In this document: one piece after another, positions 40,752 to 49,235 of the stretch
Position numbering within the stretch: the stretch's first letter is position 1
Layout: every line of letters begins with the position of its first letter
Source of the DNA: a bacterium
GTDB lineage: Bacteria > Patescibacteriota > Microgenomatia > UBA12405
Direction: 5' to 3'
NCBI GenBank assembly: GCA_021817905.1
Contig: JAKAFM010000001.1
Coordinates: 3,985-67,984 of the forward strand
DNA: 64,000 nt
Made by a program: the position numbers and the translations under genes
Notes under the pieces: model-generated
The model's database searches: none
What the model was told of the DNA's origin: nothing
What the model saw: only the letters and a program-made list of their open reading frames with translations

Positions 40752-41574
40752 AGTTGCGATATTCTAACATTTTTGTCAGCTTTTCCCCTATAACCAATTC
40801 AATTTCGCCACTAATTACAGTTGGATCATAAACTACCTGACAACCTGCATATTGATGTTTAAGCCAGGTCAAAGTTACCCCATTTTCTTTTTCTGAAGTA
40901 ACAACTATTTGGCAATCGGGTTGAATATCTTGAGTCTGAGTCTCTATAACCGTCATTCCTGCCCACCCCAAACGCAACGATAACCACTCTGCCACCCCAT
41001 CTTCTCCACTCGCGTTAATAATGGTCAAACGCGACTCGTCATTCAACAATTCAGTATCGGCAAAATCTCGCGCTAACGTCGTAACAATCGGATTAGTCGG
41101 ACTCATATCACTGGTCAACTGACTGTCTTTTACCAATAATCCATCTACCATTATTTTTAACCTAATACCATTAAGTATACCCGATGATTCCAATAAAGAT
41201 TTCCACCCATCCCAACCATCAACTGTTTCCCGCATTATAACCTCATTAGGTAAAAACCCAAAATTATAAAAAGCCAATTGGCCCAATATTCCTGTCTTCT
41301 TTTCCTGAACCAACAGCCGATAGATACGATCGGTTTGATACCACCCCAAACCTCCCGGAATCCACAACTTTACCGTTTTTGATATCACCAGTTCATTAAC
41401 AATGCCTCTTCGAGGTGAAATCGTTAACAAAGCCATAGATTCTGGACTTACCACCAATATTCGTCTGTCATCTCGACCATTCCACCATCCATGCGACACC
41501 CCATCCCCCACCAACACCGCCGCCATCAACAACACTAATACACCCAAACCCAACCATCTACGATATGGCATCAA
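40735..41574 (-). CDS. Membrane-anchored LytR_C-domain (LCP-associated) protein
   Basis: N-terminal TM. C-terminal RLTIINASGEDGVAEWLSLRL..GMTV matches the LytR_C pattern also seen in 12730-13410. Confidence 0.5.
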   Translation of the reverse strand: MMPYRRWLGLGVLVLLMAAVLVGDGVSHGWWNGRDDRRILVVSPESMALLTISPRRGIVNELVISKTVKLWIPGGLGWYQTDRIYRLLVQEKKTGILGQLAFYNFGFLPNEVIMRETVDGWDGWKSLLESSGILNGIRLKIMVDGLLVKDSQLTSDMSPTNPIVTTLARDFADTELLNDESRLTIINASGEDGVAEWLSLRLGWAGMTVIETQTQDIQPDCQIVVTSEKENGVTLTWLKHQYAGCQVVYDPTVISGEIELVIGEKLTKMLEYRNYVRSF

Positions 41575-42286
41575 ATTGCTTCAAAACAGTAACTAAATCA
41601 CCCGCTAATAAAGTACTAAATTCCTTTCTTTCCCCACTTTCAGGGTGATGTAACGACAAATAACCTGCATGTAAAAAAGGTCGCTGTATCCCGGCAACCA
41701 TCTCCCCGCCATACGTTCTATCACCCACCAAAGGCCAACCTAAATAACTCATATGAACCCGAATTTGATGCGTCCTGCCTGTCTTTAATCGTACTTCCAA
41801 TAGACTATAGATTTTACCTAAATATCGATATTTCTGTTCAAGCCTAAAACTTGTTTCTGCCATTTTCCCTTCGGGCTTAACCCGCCATTTACCAAAACTA
41901 CCCGTAAATCTTCCAATCGGGGCTTTAACCTCACCTACTCTGGAACAATTGCCTCCAACCAGTGCTGTGTATACCTTTATCACTTCCCTATTTTTAAACT
42001 GTCGCTGTAAATTATCCAGAGACTGTTGTTGTAACGCGATCGCCACCAACCCTGATGTTCCCTTATCAATTCGATGCACAATTCCGTGCCGTTTTAAAAC
42101 AACACTCTCAGGAAAATGATGGTTCACCCAATTTTCCAAGGTTAGACCAGCTATTACCCCTTCGGAAGTCACCGTCATTCCCGCTGGCTTATTAACAATC
42201 ACCATAGCCTCATCCTGATAGATAATCGTTACTTCTTCCATAACTGTTGTAATAATAACCCCACAATTCCTACAGCAATTATCCAA
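41558..42286 (-). CDS. RluA-family pseudouridine synthase
   Basis: Catalytic motif HRIDKGTSGL. 242 aa. Confidence 0.85.
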   Translation of the reverse strand: MDNCCRNCGVIITTVMEEVTIIYQDEAMVIVNKPAGMTVTSEGVIAGLTLENWVNHHFPESVVLKRHGIVHRIDKGTSGLVAIALQQQSLDNLQRQFKNREVIKVYTALVGGNCSRVGEVKAPIGRFTGSFGKWRVKPEGKMAETSFRLEQKYRYLGKIYSLLEVRLKTGRTHQIRVHMSYLGWPLVGDRTYGGEMVAGIQRPFLHAGYLSLHHPESGERKEFSTLLAGDLVTVLKQFDAIS

Positions 42287-42570
42287 TCTCCGACATTATT
42301 ATACAAACCAATAATCGGTAAATACCAATAATCACGAACATAACCAAATCGCAATCGATCTCCCAAATTAACTAACCCTCCAATTGCCGCCATTTTCCCA
42401 CCAATTCGCCACAAAACCACAATCACCATTATCTCTATCAAAACAATTAGTCCAACCAACCCTTGGCCAATTCCAAAACTGATTCCATAATTAGACACTA
42501 CTGTCCCGCGAGTTGCCAAAAATTCATGCAAACAAAATCCTGCTACCGCTATCAATAACCATTTAGTCAT
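42229..42570 (-). CDS. lspA: Lipoprotein signal peptidase (SPase II), short form
   Basis: Four TMs. SNYGISFGIG resembles the LspA N.GxAFG box and YNNVGDWIIAVG resembles FNxADxxI. It neighbours lgt. Confidence 0.6.
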   Translation of the reverse strand: MTKWLLIAVAGFCLHEFLATRGTVVSNYGISFGIGQGLVGLIVLIEIMVIVVLWRIGGKMAAIGGLVNLGDRLRFGYVRDYWYLPIIGLYNNVGDWIIAVGIVGLLLQQLWKK

Positions 42571-42931
42571 CCATCTCTTTACTACAGCTAATGCAAAGGG
42601 TTATTTCCGGTCTAACCGCTAATCGGTCAGTATCAATCATCTGACCACATCGTTCACAGACACCATATTTACCAATCTTAATCCGCGCCAAAGCTTTTCG
42701 GAATTGGACTATTTGCTTTGATAAAAATTTTGCTTTTGCCTGAGTCTCATTATGTCCGATTTGCTCGTCAACATCCTCTTCCACTGAATTTTGAACAGTC
42801 CGATCGCTATTCATAAATGGGTCGCTCTTCTCAATTGAGTGTTTTGTTTTACGTAGTCGAGCCAATTCGTTCTGTAAAAATCCTTTAATCGGAATCAACA
42901 ATGATTTTGGGAATACTACCGAATTATTCAT
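42563..42931 (-). CDS. DksA/TraR-family C4 zinc-finger protein
   Basis: C-terminal CERCGQMIDTDRLAVRPEITLCISC. Confidence 0.7.
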   Translation of the reverse strand: MNNSVVFPKSLLIPIKGFLQNELARLRKTKHSIEKSDPFMNSDRTVQNSVEEDVDEQIGHNETQAKAKFLSKQIVQFRKALARIKIGKYGVCERCGQMIDTDRLAVRPEITLCISCSKEMDD

Positions 42932-43602
42932 TTTTTCTTCCTCCCAGTAATAAATGATAAATGCTTAAAAGTGTCACCTAGGATAAACATTCCTCCCGCA
43001 GATGTCAAACTCAAGCCAACCATCAACCCTATCCATATCATATCGAAACCAAGATAATAAAGCCAGCCGCAAGCCACCACTCCAAAAGTAAAGAGTACCC
43101 ACCAAAACAAAAATCCCTTTTTACCGCTCGGATACCATATAAACGAACGATAGCGATTTTTTACCAGCAGAGCCAACAATAAAACCAGCAATGTCAATAA
43201 TCCCCATCCCAATAACGCAAACGACCTCCCTCCCCATATCCAATCCGTCCAGATCATGCCACTCATTAAAAAAACCACAAACGGGGTAATTTCTTCTGCT
43301 AACACGTAAAATCGCCACTTTTTTGAAGAACAAAAATAAAGCGTCCAACCTATCACTGCCACCACCGAACCCCAATATGCCATTCCCGCAATCCTCCACA
43401 CCAGTAACCACTGCCACCAACTGTCCCATACTCCCAGATGGGTTATTCCGTATGCAATTCTTCCGCCAACTATAACCATAAACAAAGTCGACCAAAGATA
43501 AAGTAAAAGATCATTAATTTGATAATCTTCCCGAAGTGCCCGCCAACTCAAATACACAAACAACGTCACCACAAAAAGCCTGAAAATAATCAACAGAATC
43601 AT
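42928..43602 (-). CDS. lgt: Prolipoprotein diacylglyceryl transferase-like membrane protein
   Basis: Polytopic membrane protein. VIVGGRIAYGITH resembles the Lgt GARLGHV box and IAGMAYWGSVVA resembles the Lgt GGMSFHGG box. Lies adjacent to lspA. Confidence 0.5.
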   Translation of the reverse strand: MILLIIFRLFVVTLFVYLSWRALREDYQINDLLLYLWSTLFMVIVGGRIAYGITHLGVWDSWWQWLLVWRIAGMAYWGSVVAVIGWTLYFCSSKKWRFYVLAEEITPFVVFLMSGMIWTDWIWGGRSFALLGWGLLTLLVLLLALLVKNRYRSFIWYPSGKKGFLFWWVLFTFGVVACGWLYYLGFDMIWIGLMVGLSLTSAGGMFILGDTFKHLSFITGRKKK

Positions 43603-43628
43603 GACCTATTGTACCGCACCAAACATAG

Positions 43629-43712
43629 TGCCGAGGAAGGGAATCGAACCCCTATGACATTGCTGTCACACGATTTTGAGTCGTGCGCGTCTGCCAGTTC
43701 CGCCACCCCGGC
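43629..43712 (-). tRNA. tRNA-Leu (anticodon CAA), class II with long variable arm
   Basis: The reverse-complement GCCGGGGTGGCGGAACTGGCAGACGCGCACGACTCAAAATCGTGTGACAGCAATGTCATAGGGGTTCGATTCCCTTCCTCGGCA folds as a cloverleaf: anticodon loop CTCAAAA, T-loop TTCGATT, 7-bp acceptor stem. Confidence 0.85.
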
Positions 43713-43730
43713 GTTAGGCTTATTGTACCA

Positions 43731-45041
43731 CTAACCCTTCTTCTCCACATCAAAAAAGCTGACCTGTTTACCGTTAAAATACAAATTCATCTCCCCTATT
43801 GGACCATTTCGATGCTTTGCAATACTCAAGGTCACATTCTCCCGAATTTCCTCATCTTCTCGACTCAAAAACATGACCACATCAGCATCCTGTTCAATAC
43901 TACCCGACTCCCGCAAATCAGAAAGCTTTGGCTTTCCTCCTCGAGCTTCCATCGCCCGCGATAATTGCGCTGCTGCCACAATGGGAATTCGTAACTCCCG
44001 AGCCAAATTTTTTAAACCTTGGGAAATTTCTGAAACCTCTTGGACACGATTATCCCGAGTCATGCCATGCATTAGCTGCAAATAGTCAACCAGAATAAAT
44101 TTAATTCCTCTCTCCGACTGTAAACGTCTTGCCTTCGTCCGTAACTCAGTTACTGTTAAGCCAGGACTATCATCAATATAAAGCGGTGCCTCAGCCAAAA
44201 TTCCCATCGCCTCAGAAAGCGACACAAAATCATCATCATTCAATTGTCCGGTTTTCAATTTCCAGGAATCCAACAATCCCTGACGTACCAACAGCCGATC
44301 GACCAATTCCTCCTTACTCATTTCCAATGAAAAAATACACACTGGCTGCTTTAGTTCAACTGCAATATACCTGGCAACATTCATACAAAACGCAGTTTTT
44401 CCAACTCCTGGTCGAGCCGCTAAAATCAACAAATTACTATCCTGCATTCCCGCCAACATTTTATCTAAAGTCCCAAATCCGGTTCCCAAACCACGAAGTC
44501 CACTCCCCCGTTTTTGTAATTCGTCAAGCCGGTCGAAACTTGCCGTCAAAACTTCACGCAATGATGTCGGCACATTCCGCAAATGTCGTTGAGTCAACGA
44601 GAATATTTCTTGCTCCGCCGCATCCAATAACTCCGACGAAGGCAAACCTTCATCAAATGCTTTTTCTGTAATTCGAGCCGCAGCTGAAATCAGCTCCCTC
44701 TTGGCCGACAACGATCGAATAATTTGTCCGTAACTTTCGACATTAGCACTGGTTGGCACATCATCTGCCAATCTGGCTAAAAACGCCTTGCCACCAATCT
44801 TCTTAAGGTACTTTAACTCTTTTAATTTTTCCGATACAGTAACAATATCAATCGGCGTTCGATTCTGATAGAGCAATTGCATTGCCTCATAAATCTTGCC
44901 GTGGATTTCGTTATAAAAATGCTCCGGCAACAAAAACTCCGACACATTTAAAATTGCCTCATTATCAATCAAAATTGAACCTAATACCGATTTTTCTGCC
45001 TCCTCCGAAGACGGCGGAATCTTTAGATCGCTCATATGCAA
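43731..45041 (-). CDS. dnaB: Replicative DNA helicase DnaB
   Basis: N-terminal domain (PPSSEEAEKSVLGSIL). Walker A GARPGVGKTAF. RecA-like C-terminal domain. 436 aa. Confidence 0.95.
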   Translation of the reverse strand: MHMSDLKIPPSSEEAEKSVLGSILIDNEAILNVSEFLLPEHFYNEIHGKIYEAMQLLYQNRTPIDIVTVSEKLKELKYLKKIGGKAFLARLADDVPTSANVESYGQIIRSLSAKRELISAAARITEKAFDEGLPSSELLDAAEQEIFSLTQRHLRNVPTSLREVLTASFDRLDELQKRGSGLRGLGTGFGTLDKMLAGMQDSNLLILAARPGVGKTAFCMNVARYIAVELKQPVCIFSLEMSKEELVDRLLVRQGLLDSWKLKTGQLNDDDFVSLSEAMGILAEAPLYIDDSPGLTVTELRTKARRLQSERGIKFILVDYLQLMHGMTRDNRVQEVSEISQGLKNLARELRIPIVAAAQLSRAMEARGGKPKLSDLRESGSIEQDADVVMFLSREDEEIRENVTLSIAKHRNGPIGEMNLYFNGKQVSFFDVEKKG

Positions 45042-45053
45042 TTGTAATACACT

Positions 45054-46484
45054 TTAGTAAAGTTGGCTTTGTTTATCGTTAAGCGATAATTTAAGTAAAT
45101 TTAAATCATTAGCTGTGGCCTGGCAATCACCATCTAAATCAGTTGCTAAATTGGCCCCACTATCTACTGTCCGATGTGTTAAAACATCTGATTTTACCAG
45201 TGAAAAATCAAGCCCATTAATGACCCCATCCCCATTAGCATCCCCGGCCATCAAAGGGTAATGACTAAAATCAAATACTGTTCCTGATGTCAGATCCAGA
45301 GTTCCGCCAGCTAAACCATAATAATCACTCTGACCATCTTTACCATATTTAGTCTGAATTTGCTTCGGACCTTTAACAAAAATTGCGGCATTAGTCATCG
45401 TTGATAAATTCACATTTGGCAATGTCACCCGATAAATAACTGCACTCGCCACCACCCCGATTCGTTCGGGGGTAACTTGGTCATACTGCGCCAGCGCATT
45501 CCCACTTTTTACAATCACACTAACCGGCGCAACCACCGGACATTGCCCATCAGCCACCAATCCTCCAAATGACATTAAAAATTGGACCAAACCAGTTGTT
45601 GAAGATGTCACCTGTGTTGGCGTTGGAATAGGAGTCATAACCATTGTTGGCTGAACTCCTGTTGCCGGTTGTTGAATCATTGTCGGCGAAGGTAATACAG
45701 TTCCACTACCTACTGTAAAACTGACATCCCGATTCTTACCCTCCCCACTTGAAAAAGTCGCTGTATACACTCCTGGAGTGGTCACCACCGGACAAGTCCA
45801 TTGCCACCAACAACTCATGCCATCACCCATAGTGTTACCGCTACACTTCGTCGCTGCAGGATTACTAACACAGAGAGACTTATTACTAATGCCTGCTGAA
45901 TTAAGATTAATGTTAGTAAGTCCATCATTCGAAGTAAACGTCAGCGTCACCTGGCCGCCCGGAGTTACTAATGCTGGAGTTACGTATCCATTAAGACCAT
46001 TAATTGTCGTTACGGTTGGCTGAATTGCTGTCCCTGTTGACGTTGGCAATGGTGCAGTTCCGCCAACCGTAATGGTAACGTTTCTAGTATTACCTTCACT
46101 ACTGCTAAACGTTCCAACATAAGTACCTGGCGTAAAGCTTGCTGTACAGGTCCATTGCCACCAACAACTCATGCCATCACCCATTGGATTGCCACTGCAC
46201 TTAGCACTATTAACCAAATCGAGTTGACAACTACTCAATTGTCCCGAAGCAAAACTGACATTAGTATATCCTTGTGCTGCCGTAAAAGTAACCTTTACTT
46301 GACCCCCGGGAGCTACTGGCTGTGGATTAACATAAGCGTTAAGACCATTAATCGTATCTAAAGTCGAAGTACTTGTTGCCCGACCTCGATTATCAAGATT
46401 AGTTTTTAATTCCAAAACAATCAACGGTACTGTAGCCACTAAAAGCAAACTCCATATCACCCAAAATGAAATATGTTTATTCAT
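45054..46484 (-). CDS. Secreted protein with two Cys-rich ~115-aa repeats and C-terminal dockerin-like Ca-binding repeats
   Basis: Signal peptide. Duplicated module INGLN.YV.P..V.PGGQV...FT...G.TN.......CSGN.MGDGMSCWWQWTC...TPG.Y...FSS.EG..R.V..TVG. C-terminal GDANGDGVINGLDFSLVKSDV...DLDGDCQATANDLNLL is like a dockerin type I pair. Confidence 0.6.
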   Translation of the reverse strand: MNKHISFWVIWSLLLVATVPLIVLELKTNLDNRGRATSTSTLDTINGLNAYVNPQPVAPGGQVKVTFTAAQGYTNVSFASGQLSSCQLDLVNSAKCSGNPMGDGMSCWWQWTCTASFTPGTYVGTFSSSEGNTRNVTITVGGTAPLPTSTGTAIQPTVTTINGLNGYVTPALVTPGGQVTLTFTSNDGLTNINLNSAGISNKSLCVSNPAATKCSGNTMGDGMSCWWQWTCPVVTTPGVYTATFSSGEGKNRDVSFTVGSGTVLPSPTMIQQPATGVQPTMVMTPIPTPTQVTSSTTGLVQFLMSFGGLVADGQCPVVAPVSVIVKSGNALAQYDQVTPERIGVVASAVIYRVTLPNVNLSTMTNAAIFVKGPKQIQTKYGKDGQSDYYGLAGGTLDLTSGTVFDFSHYPLMAGDANGDGVINGLDFSLVKSDVLTHRTVDSGANLATDLDGDCQATANDLNLLKLSLNDKQSQLY

Positions 46485-47079
46485 GTCTATTTAATACTAC
46501 CACCTCAAGACCTTCTGGCAACTCATCTCGACTTATCTTAAGACTAGCCACCGGCAAAAGATCTTCTCGGTCAACCACATCCAAAAAAGTCTTCAATTCA
46601 TCCTCGCTTTCATAACCAACCGGAATAACATAATTTACTCCCCACTTCTTCGCCCATGATAAATATAATTTCAACTTTTCCAAAGATTTTTTTGCACACG
46701 GCACAAAAAGAACATCCAATGAATCAATTCGCTCAATTTTCTTTTCGGTCAAATCTTCAATAGGCTCTCCCATTACCCCAACCGACACCCCATCAATTGT
46801 TATCGCATAAACAGTTGACCCCTGTCCCGCCGAGATTCCCGTTAACTCTACCCCTCCAACTTCATATTCTCCCGGACCGGCAATAACTACTTGATCAGGA
46901 CTTTTCTTCACAAAGTTCCACATATTTTTAGTTGATACCACTACTCGTCCCTCAAAACCATTCTTCTCTTCAGGATCAATTACTACTTGTTCTTTTTTTC
47001 CCTTAAGTACTAGACAATAATCATGTAGGTACTGGATTTCCATAAAAATTACTATATCATGATATGATAATATCTGCAC
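46477..47079 (-). CDS. Hypothetical protein (possibly a degenerate MBL-fold hydrolase-like protein)
   Basis: 200 aa with beta-lactamase-fold-like secondary-structure periodicity but no clear HxHxDH. Confidence 0.35.
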   Translation of the reverse strand: MQILSYHDIVIFMEIQYLHDYCLVLKGKKEQVVIDPEEKNGFEGRVVVSTKNMWNFVKKSPDQVVIAGPGEYEVGGVELTGISAGQGSTVYAITIDGVSVGVMGEPIEDLTEKKIERIDSLDVLFVPCAKKSLEKLKLYLSWAKKWGVNYVIPVGYESEDELKTFLDVVDREDLLPVASLKISRDELPEGLEVVVLNRHE

Positions 47080-47532
47080 ATGGTAAAAGAACTCTCCCTT
47101 GCAATAATTCTCGGTTTGATAATTGGATTTGTCGTAACTGGAGGCGTTATAAGCCTAACAAAAAATAAGAATCCAGCTACCAAAAATACTACTCCCACCC
47201 CGACAATTACCGCGATCACTACCAGCCCATCAGAAACTACCACCAGCGATACTCCAACGCCAGTTCAAACCTTAACGATCTCTTCTCCGGTCAATGAAAC
47301 CGTTGTCGATACCGATAAACAAACCATCACCGGTACTACTAATCCCAACGCTACCATCATAATCGCTACATCCAACGATTCAATCACCGCCACTGCCGAT
47401 CAACAAGGTAATTTTTCAGTTCCTATCACTCTTGATGTCGGCATCAATGGTATTCAAGTCGTCAGTTTCGACCCAACAGGAAACCATCAGGAAGTTGACC
47501 TTACGGTTACCTATTCAACCGCCAAAATCTAA
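47080..47532 (+). CDS. Secreted T-rich protein with a bacterial Ig-like domain
   Basis: N-terminal TM/signal. T/P-rich linker. ISSPVNETVVDTDKQTITGTT..ATIIIATSNDSITATADQQGNFSV is a Big-like beta-sandwich. Confidence 0.5.
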   Translation: MVKELSLAIILGLIIGFVVTGGVISLTKNKNPATKNTTPTPTITAITTSPSETTTSDTPTPVQTLTISSPVNETVVDTDKQTITGTTNPNATIIIATSNDSITATADQQGNFSVPITLDVGINGIQVVSFDPTGNHQEVDLTVTYSTAKI

Positions 47533-48257
47533 TGTTACTTTTAATCTTCATCCTAAAAACTATCATTCAACCGATATCCGCTTATGCCATTGCCAAACCT
47601 ACCCTGGCAATTACCCCAACATTAATCGCCACCACGTCTGCTGATCTTTCTCCTACAGTTACTCCCGACAGCACCTCACTAACCGAAATCCAAAAGATAA
47701 GAGAAGCCGTTCAGCAAAAAGTAAAAGAAAAATTAAGTGAAATTGTTGCCCTTGATACAACCAAAAAAAGAGGTGTCTATGGTAACATTTCAACAATTAG
47801 TGCATCCACCATCACTTTAACCAAAGACGACAACTCTACTATCCAGATAAACACCGATGACACCACCGCATTTATTGATATTAATCGCAAAAAAATCGAC
47901 ATTACCAAACTAAAAACTGGGCAGTCTATATTAGTCATGGGCTACAACAATAATGATGGTAGCCTGGCCGCCAAAAGAATAGTAGTTAACGATCCCTCAT
48001 ACCTTCCCGTTAAAAAAATTATCACCATGGGAAAAATTGTTGACCGTTCCCAAGCTACAAATGTCGCTTTAATTGTTCCTCTCACCGACAAAAACACTCA
48101 ATATCAAGTATCTCTAGTTAACGCCACCACCATTGTCGATAGTACTAATAAGAAATTAGCGATAAAAGATGTTACCGTCGGCAAAAAAGTCATTGCTATA
48201 TTGTCGCCTAGCGCCAAAAATAAAACCTATACCACCGACAAAATTATTATCTTCTAA
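47532..48257 (+). CDS. Hypothetical secreted protein
   Basis: 241 aa with a signal peptide (ISAYAIA). Start overlaps the stop of the preceding gene. Confidence 0.5.
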   Translation: MLLLIFILKTIIQPISAYAIAKPTLAITPTLIATTSADLSPTVTPDSTSLTEIQKIREAVQQKVKEKLSEIVALDTTKKRGVYGNISTISASTITLTKDDNSTIQINTDDTTAFIDINRKKIDITKLKTGQSILVMGYNNNDGSLAAKRIVVNDPSYLPVKKIITMGKIVDRSQATNVALIVPLTDKNTQYQVSLVNATTIVDSTNKKLAIKDVTVGKKVIAILSPSAKNKTYTTDKIIIF

Positions 48258-48823
48258 CTAATCCTTCGTCCCAGCCCTACGCTCTCTTTTCTCAATAGTG
48301 AACTATAATTGGTTATCCAATTTTTTTCAAAAATACCAACAGTAATCCTATTGCCTGCAAACTGAGAACTGGCACAAACATCCACCGTCTTAATCGCTGC
48401 CAAAACCATGAGATACGAATTAAAAGAACTGGTTTCAAATACAACATTAACATTTGGCACTATTTCCCCGACAACATAATCTACCCGCTCATTACAAATA
48501 TCTTGCCAATGGCAATATCGCCACCTATCCTGCTCCGACCACTCCGCACTCTCCATTACCTTCGCCCACGACAACCTCGACCTCAAATACTCTTCCACGT
48601 GTGATAATAATCTCCTTCCATATCGTGCTTCACTTTGAAAGAAATAATCAGCAATTGCGATTGGATAGTCTTGAATTATCATTAGCCCCTTTTCCGGATC
48701 AAGATAATTACTAATAATGTTTTTTATGCGTGGTTCACGCCGCAAAACTTCGTGATACATCAAAAATGTGTCCATCCCTGCCAGTGCCCGAATCATCCGG
48801 TAACGTTCTTCGCTGATTCCCAT
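48254..48823 (-). CDS. Hypothetical protein
   Basis: 189 aa with no recognisable motif. Confidence 0.45.
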   Translation of the reverse strand: MGISEERYRMIRALAGMDTFLMYHEVLRREPRIKNIISNYLDPEKGLMIIQDYPIAIADYFFQSEARYGRRLLSHVEEYLRSRLSWAKVMESAEWSEQDRWRYCHWQDICNERVDYVVGEIVPNVNVVFETSSFNSYLMVLAAIKTVDVCASSQFAGNRITVGIFEKNWITNYSSLLRKESVGLGRRIS

Positions 48824-48856
48824 AATATGTAATTATATAATTTTTACCATTTTATA

Positions 48857-48976
48857 TTGACTTTAAAGCCGCCAACCAGTAAAATTCCCCTATGAAATTG
48901 AGCATTTCATTTCATCATCACGCCAACTAAGTGTGGCGGGTGTTTTGGTAAATCCCCGTCAAGGGGATTTTTTTTG
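48857..48976 (+). promoter_or_regulatory. Putative histidine leader-peptide transcription attenuator (copy A): promoter, His-His-His mini-ORF and intrinsic terminator
   Basis: -35 TTGACT (48857-62), 17-nt spacer, -10 TAAAAT (48880-85). Mini-ORF 48892-48930 ATG AAA TTG AGC ATT TCA TTT CAT CAT CAC GCC AAC TAA = MKLSISFHHHAN. Hairpin CGCCA/TGGCG overlaps the stop codon. Terminator AATCCCC-GTCAA-GGGGATT followed by T8 (48951-48977). Confidence 0.55.
48892..48930 (+). CDS. 12-aa His-rich leader peptide MKLSISFHHHAN (attenuator copy A)
   Basis: Three consecutive His codons immediately before alternative hairpins and a terminator. The start is leaderless or nearly so relative to the predicted promoter. 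Confidence 0.45.
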   Translation: MKLSISFHHHAN

Positions 48977-49043
48977 CTTCTTTAGGTCTAATTTTGAACG
49001 AAGTGCTAAAATTTGTCTAAAGAAGCAATCCGTCTCAAACGGA

Positions 49044-49070
49044 TTAACATGGTGGTAGACGCTCAATTGG
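49044..49070 (+). other. Duplicated 5' fragment of tRNA-His (5' flank + acceptor + D-arm start)
   Basis: TTAACATGGTGGTAGACGCTCAATTGG versus the genuine gene TTAACATGGTGGTATTAGCTCAATTGG at 49143-49170. Confidence 0.5.
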
Positions 49071-49150
49071 CGAATCTGCAGATGAGTCCGTCGACTGACG
49101 GATTAGAGGCCTAATTGATATACTCCACTAAAATAACGTTTCTTTAACAT

Positions 49151-49225
49151 GGTGGTATTAGCTCAATTGGTTAGAGCGCAGCTCTGTGAAAGCTGAGGTT
49201 GCCGGTTCAAGTCCGGTATACCACC
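49151..49225 (+). tRNA. tRNA-His (anticodon GUG) with genome-encoded G-1
   Basis: G-1 then acceptor GTGGTAT/ATACCAC. D-arm GCTC-AATTGGTTA-GAGC. Anticodon loop CTGTGAA. T-loop TTCAAGT. Discriminator C. Confidence 0.85.
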
Positions 49226-49235
49226 CCTAAATAGT

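Noticed and set aside
48976-49045. T-box riboswitch upstream of tRNA-His / hisS
   Set aside because: There is no recognisable T-box 14-mer (AGGGUGGNACCGCG) or specifier-loop architecture, and the terminator precedes the conserved hairpins rather than following them. The His-codon mini-ORFs instead fit peptide-mediated attenuation.
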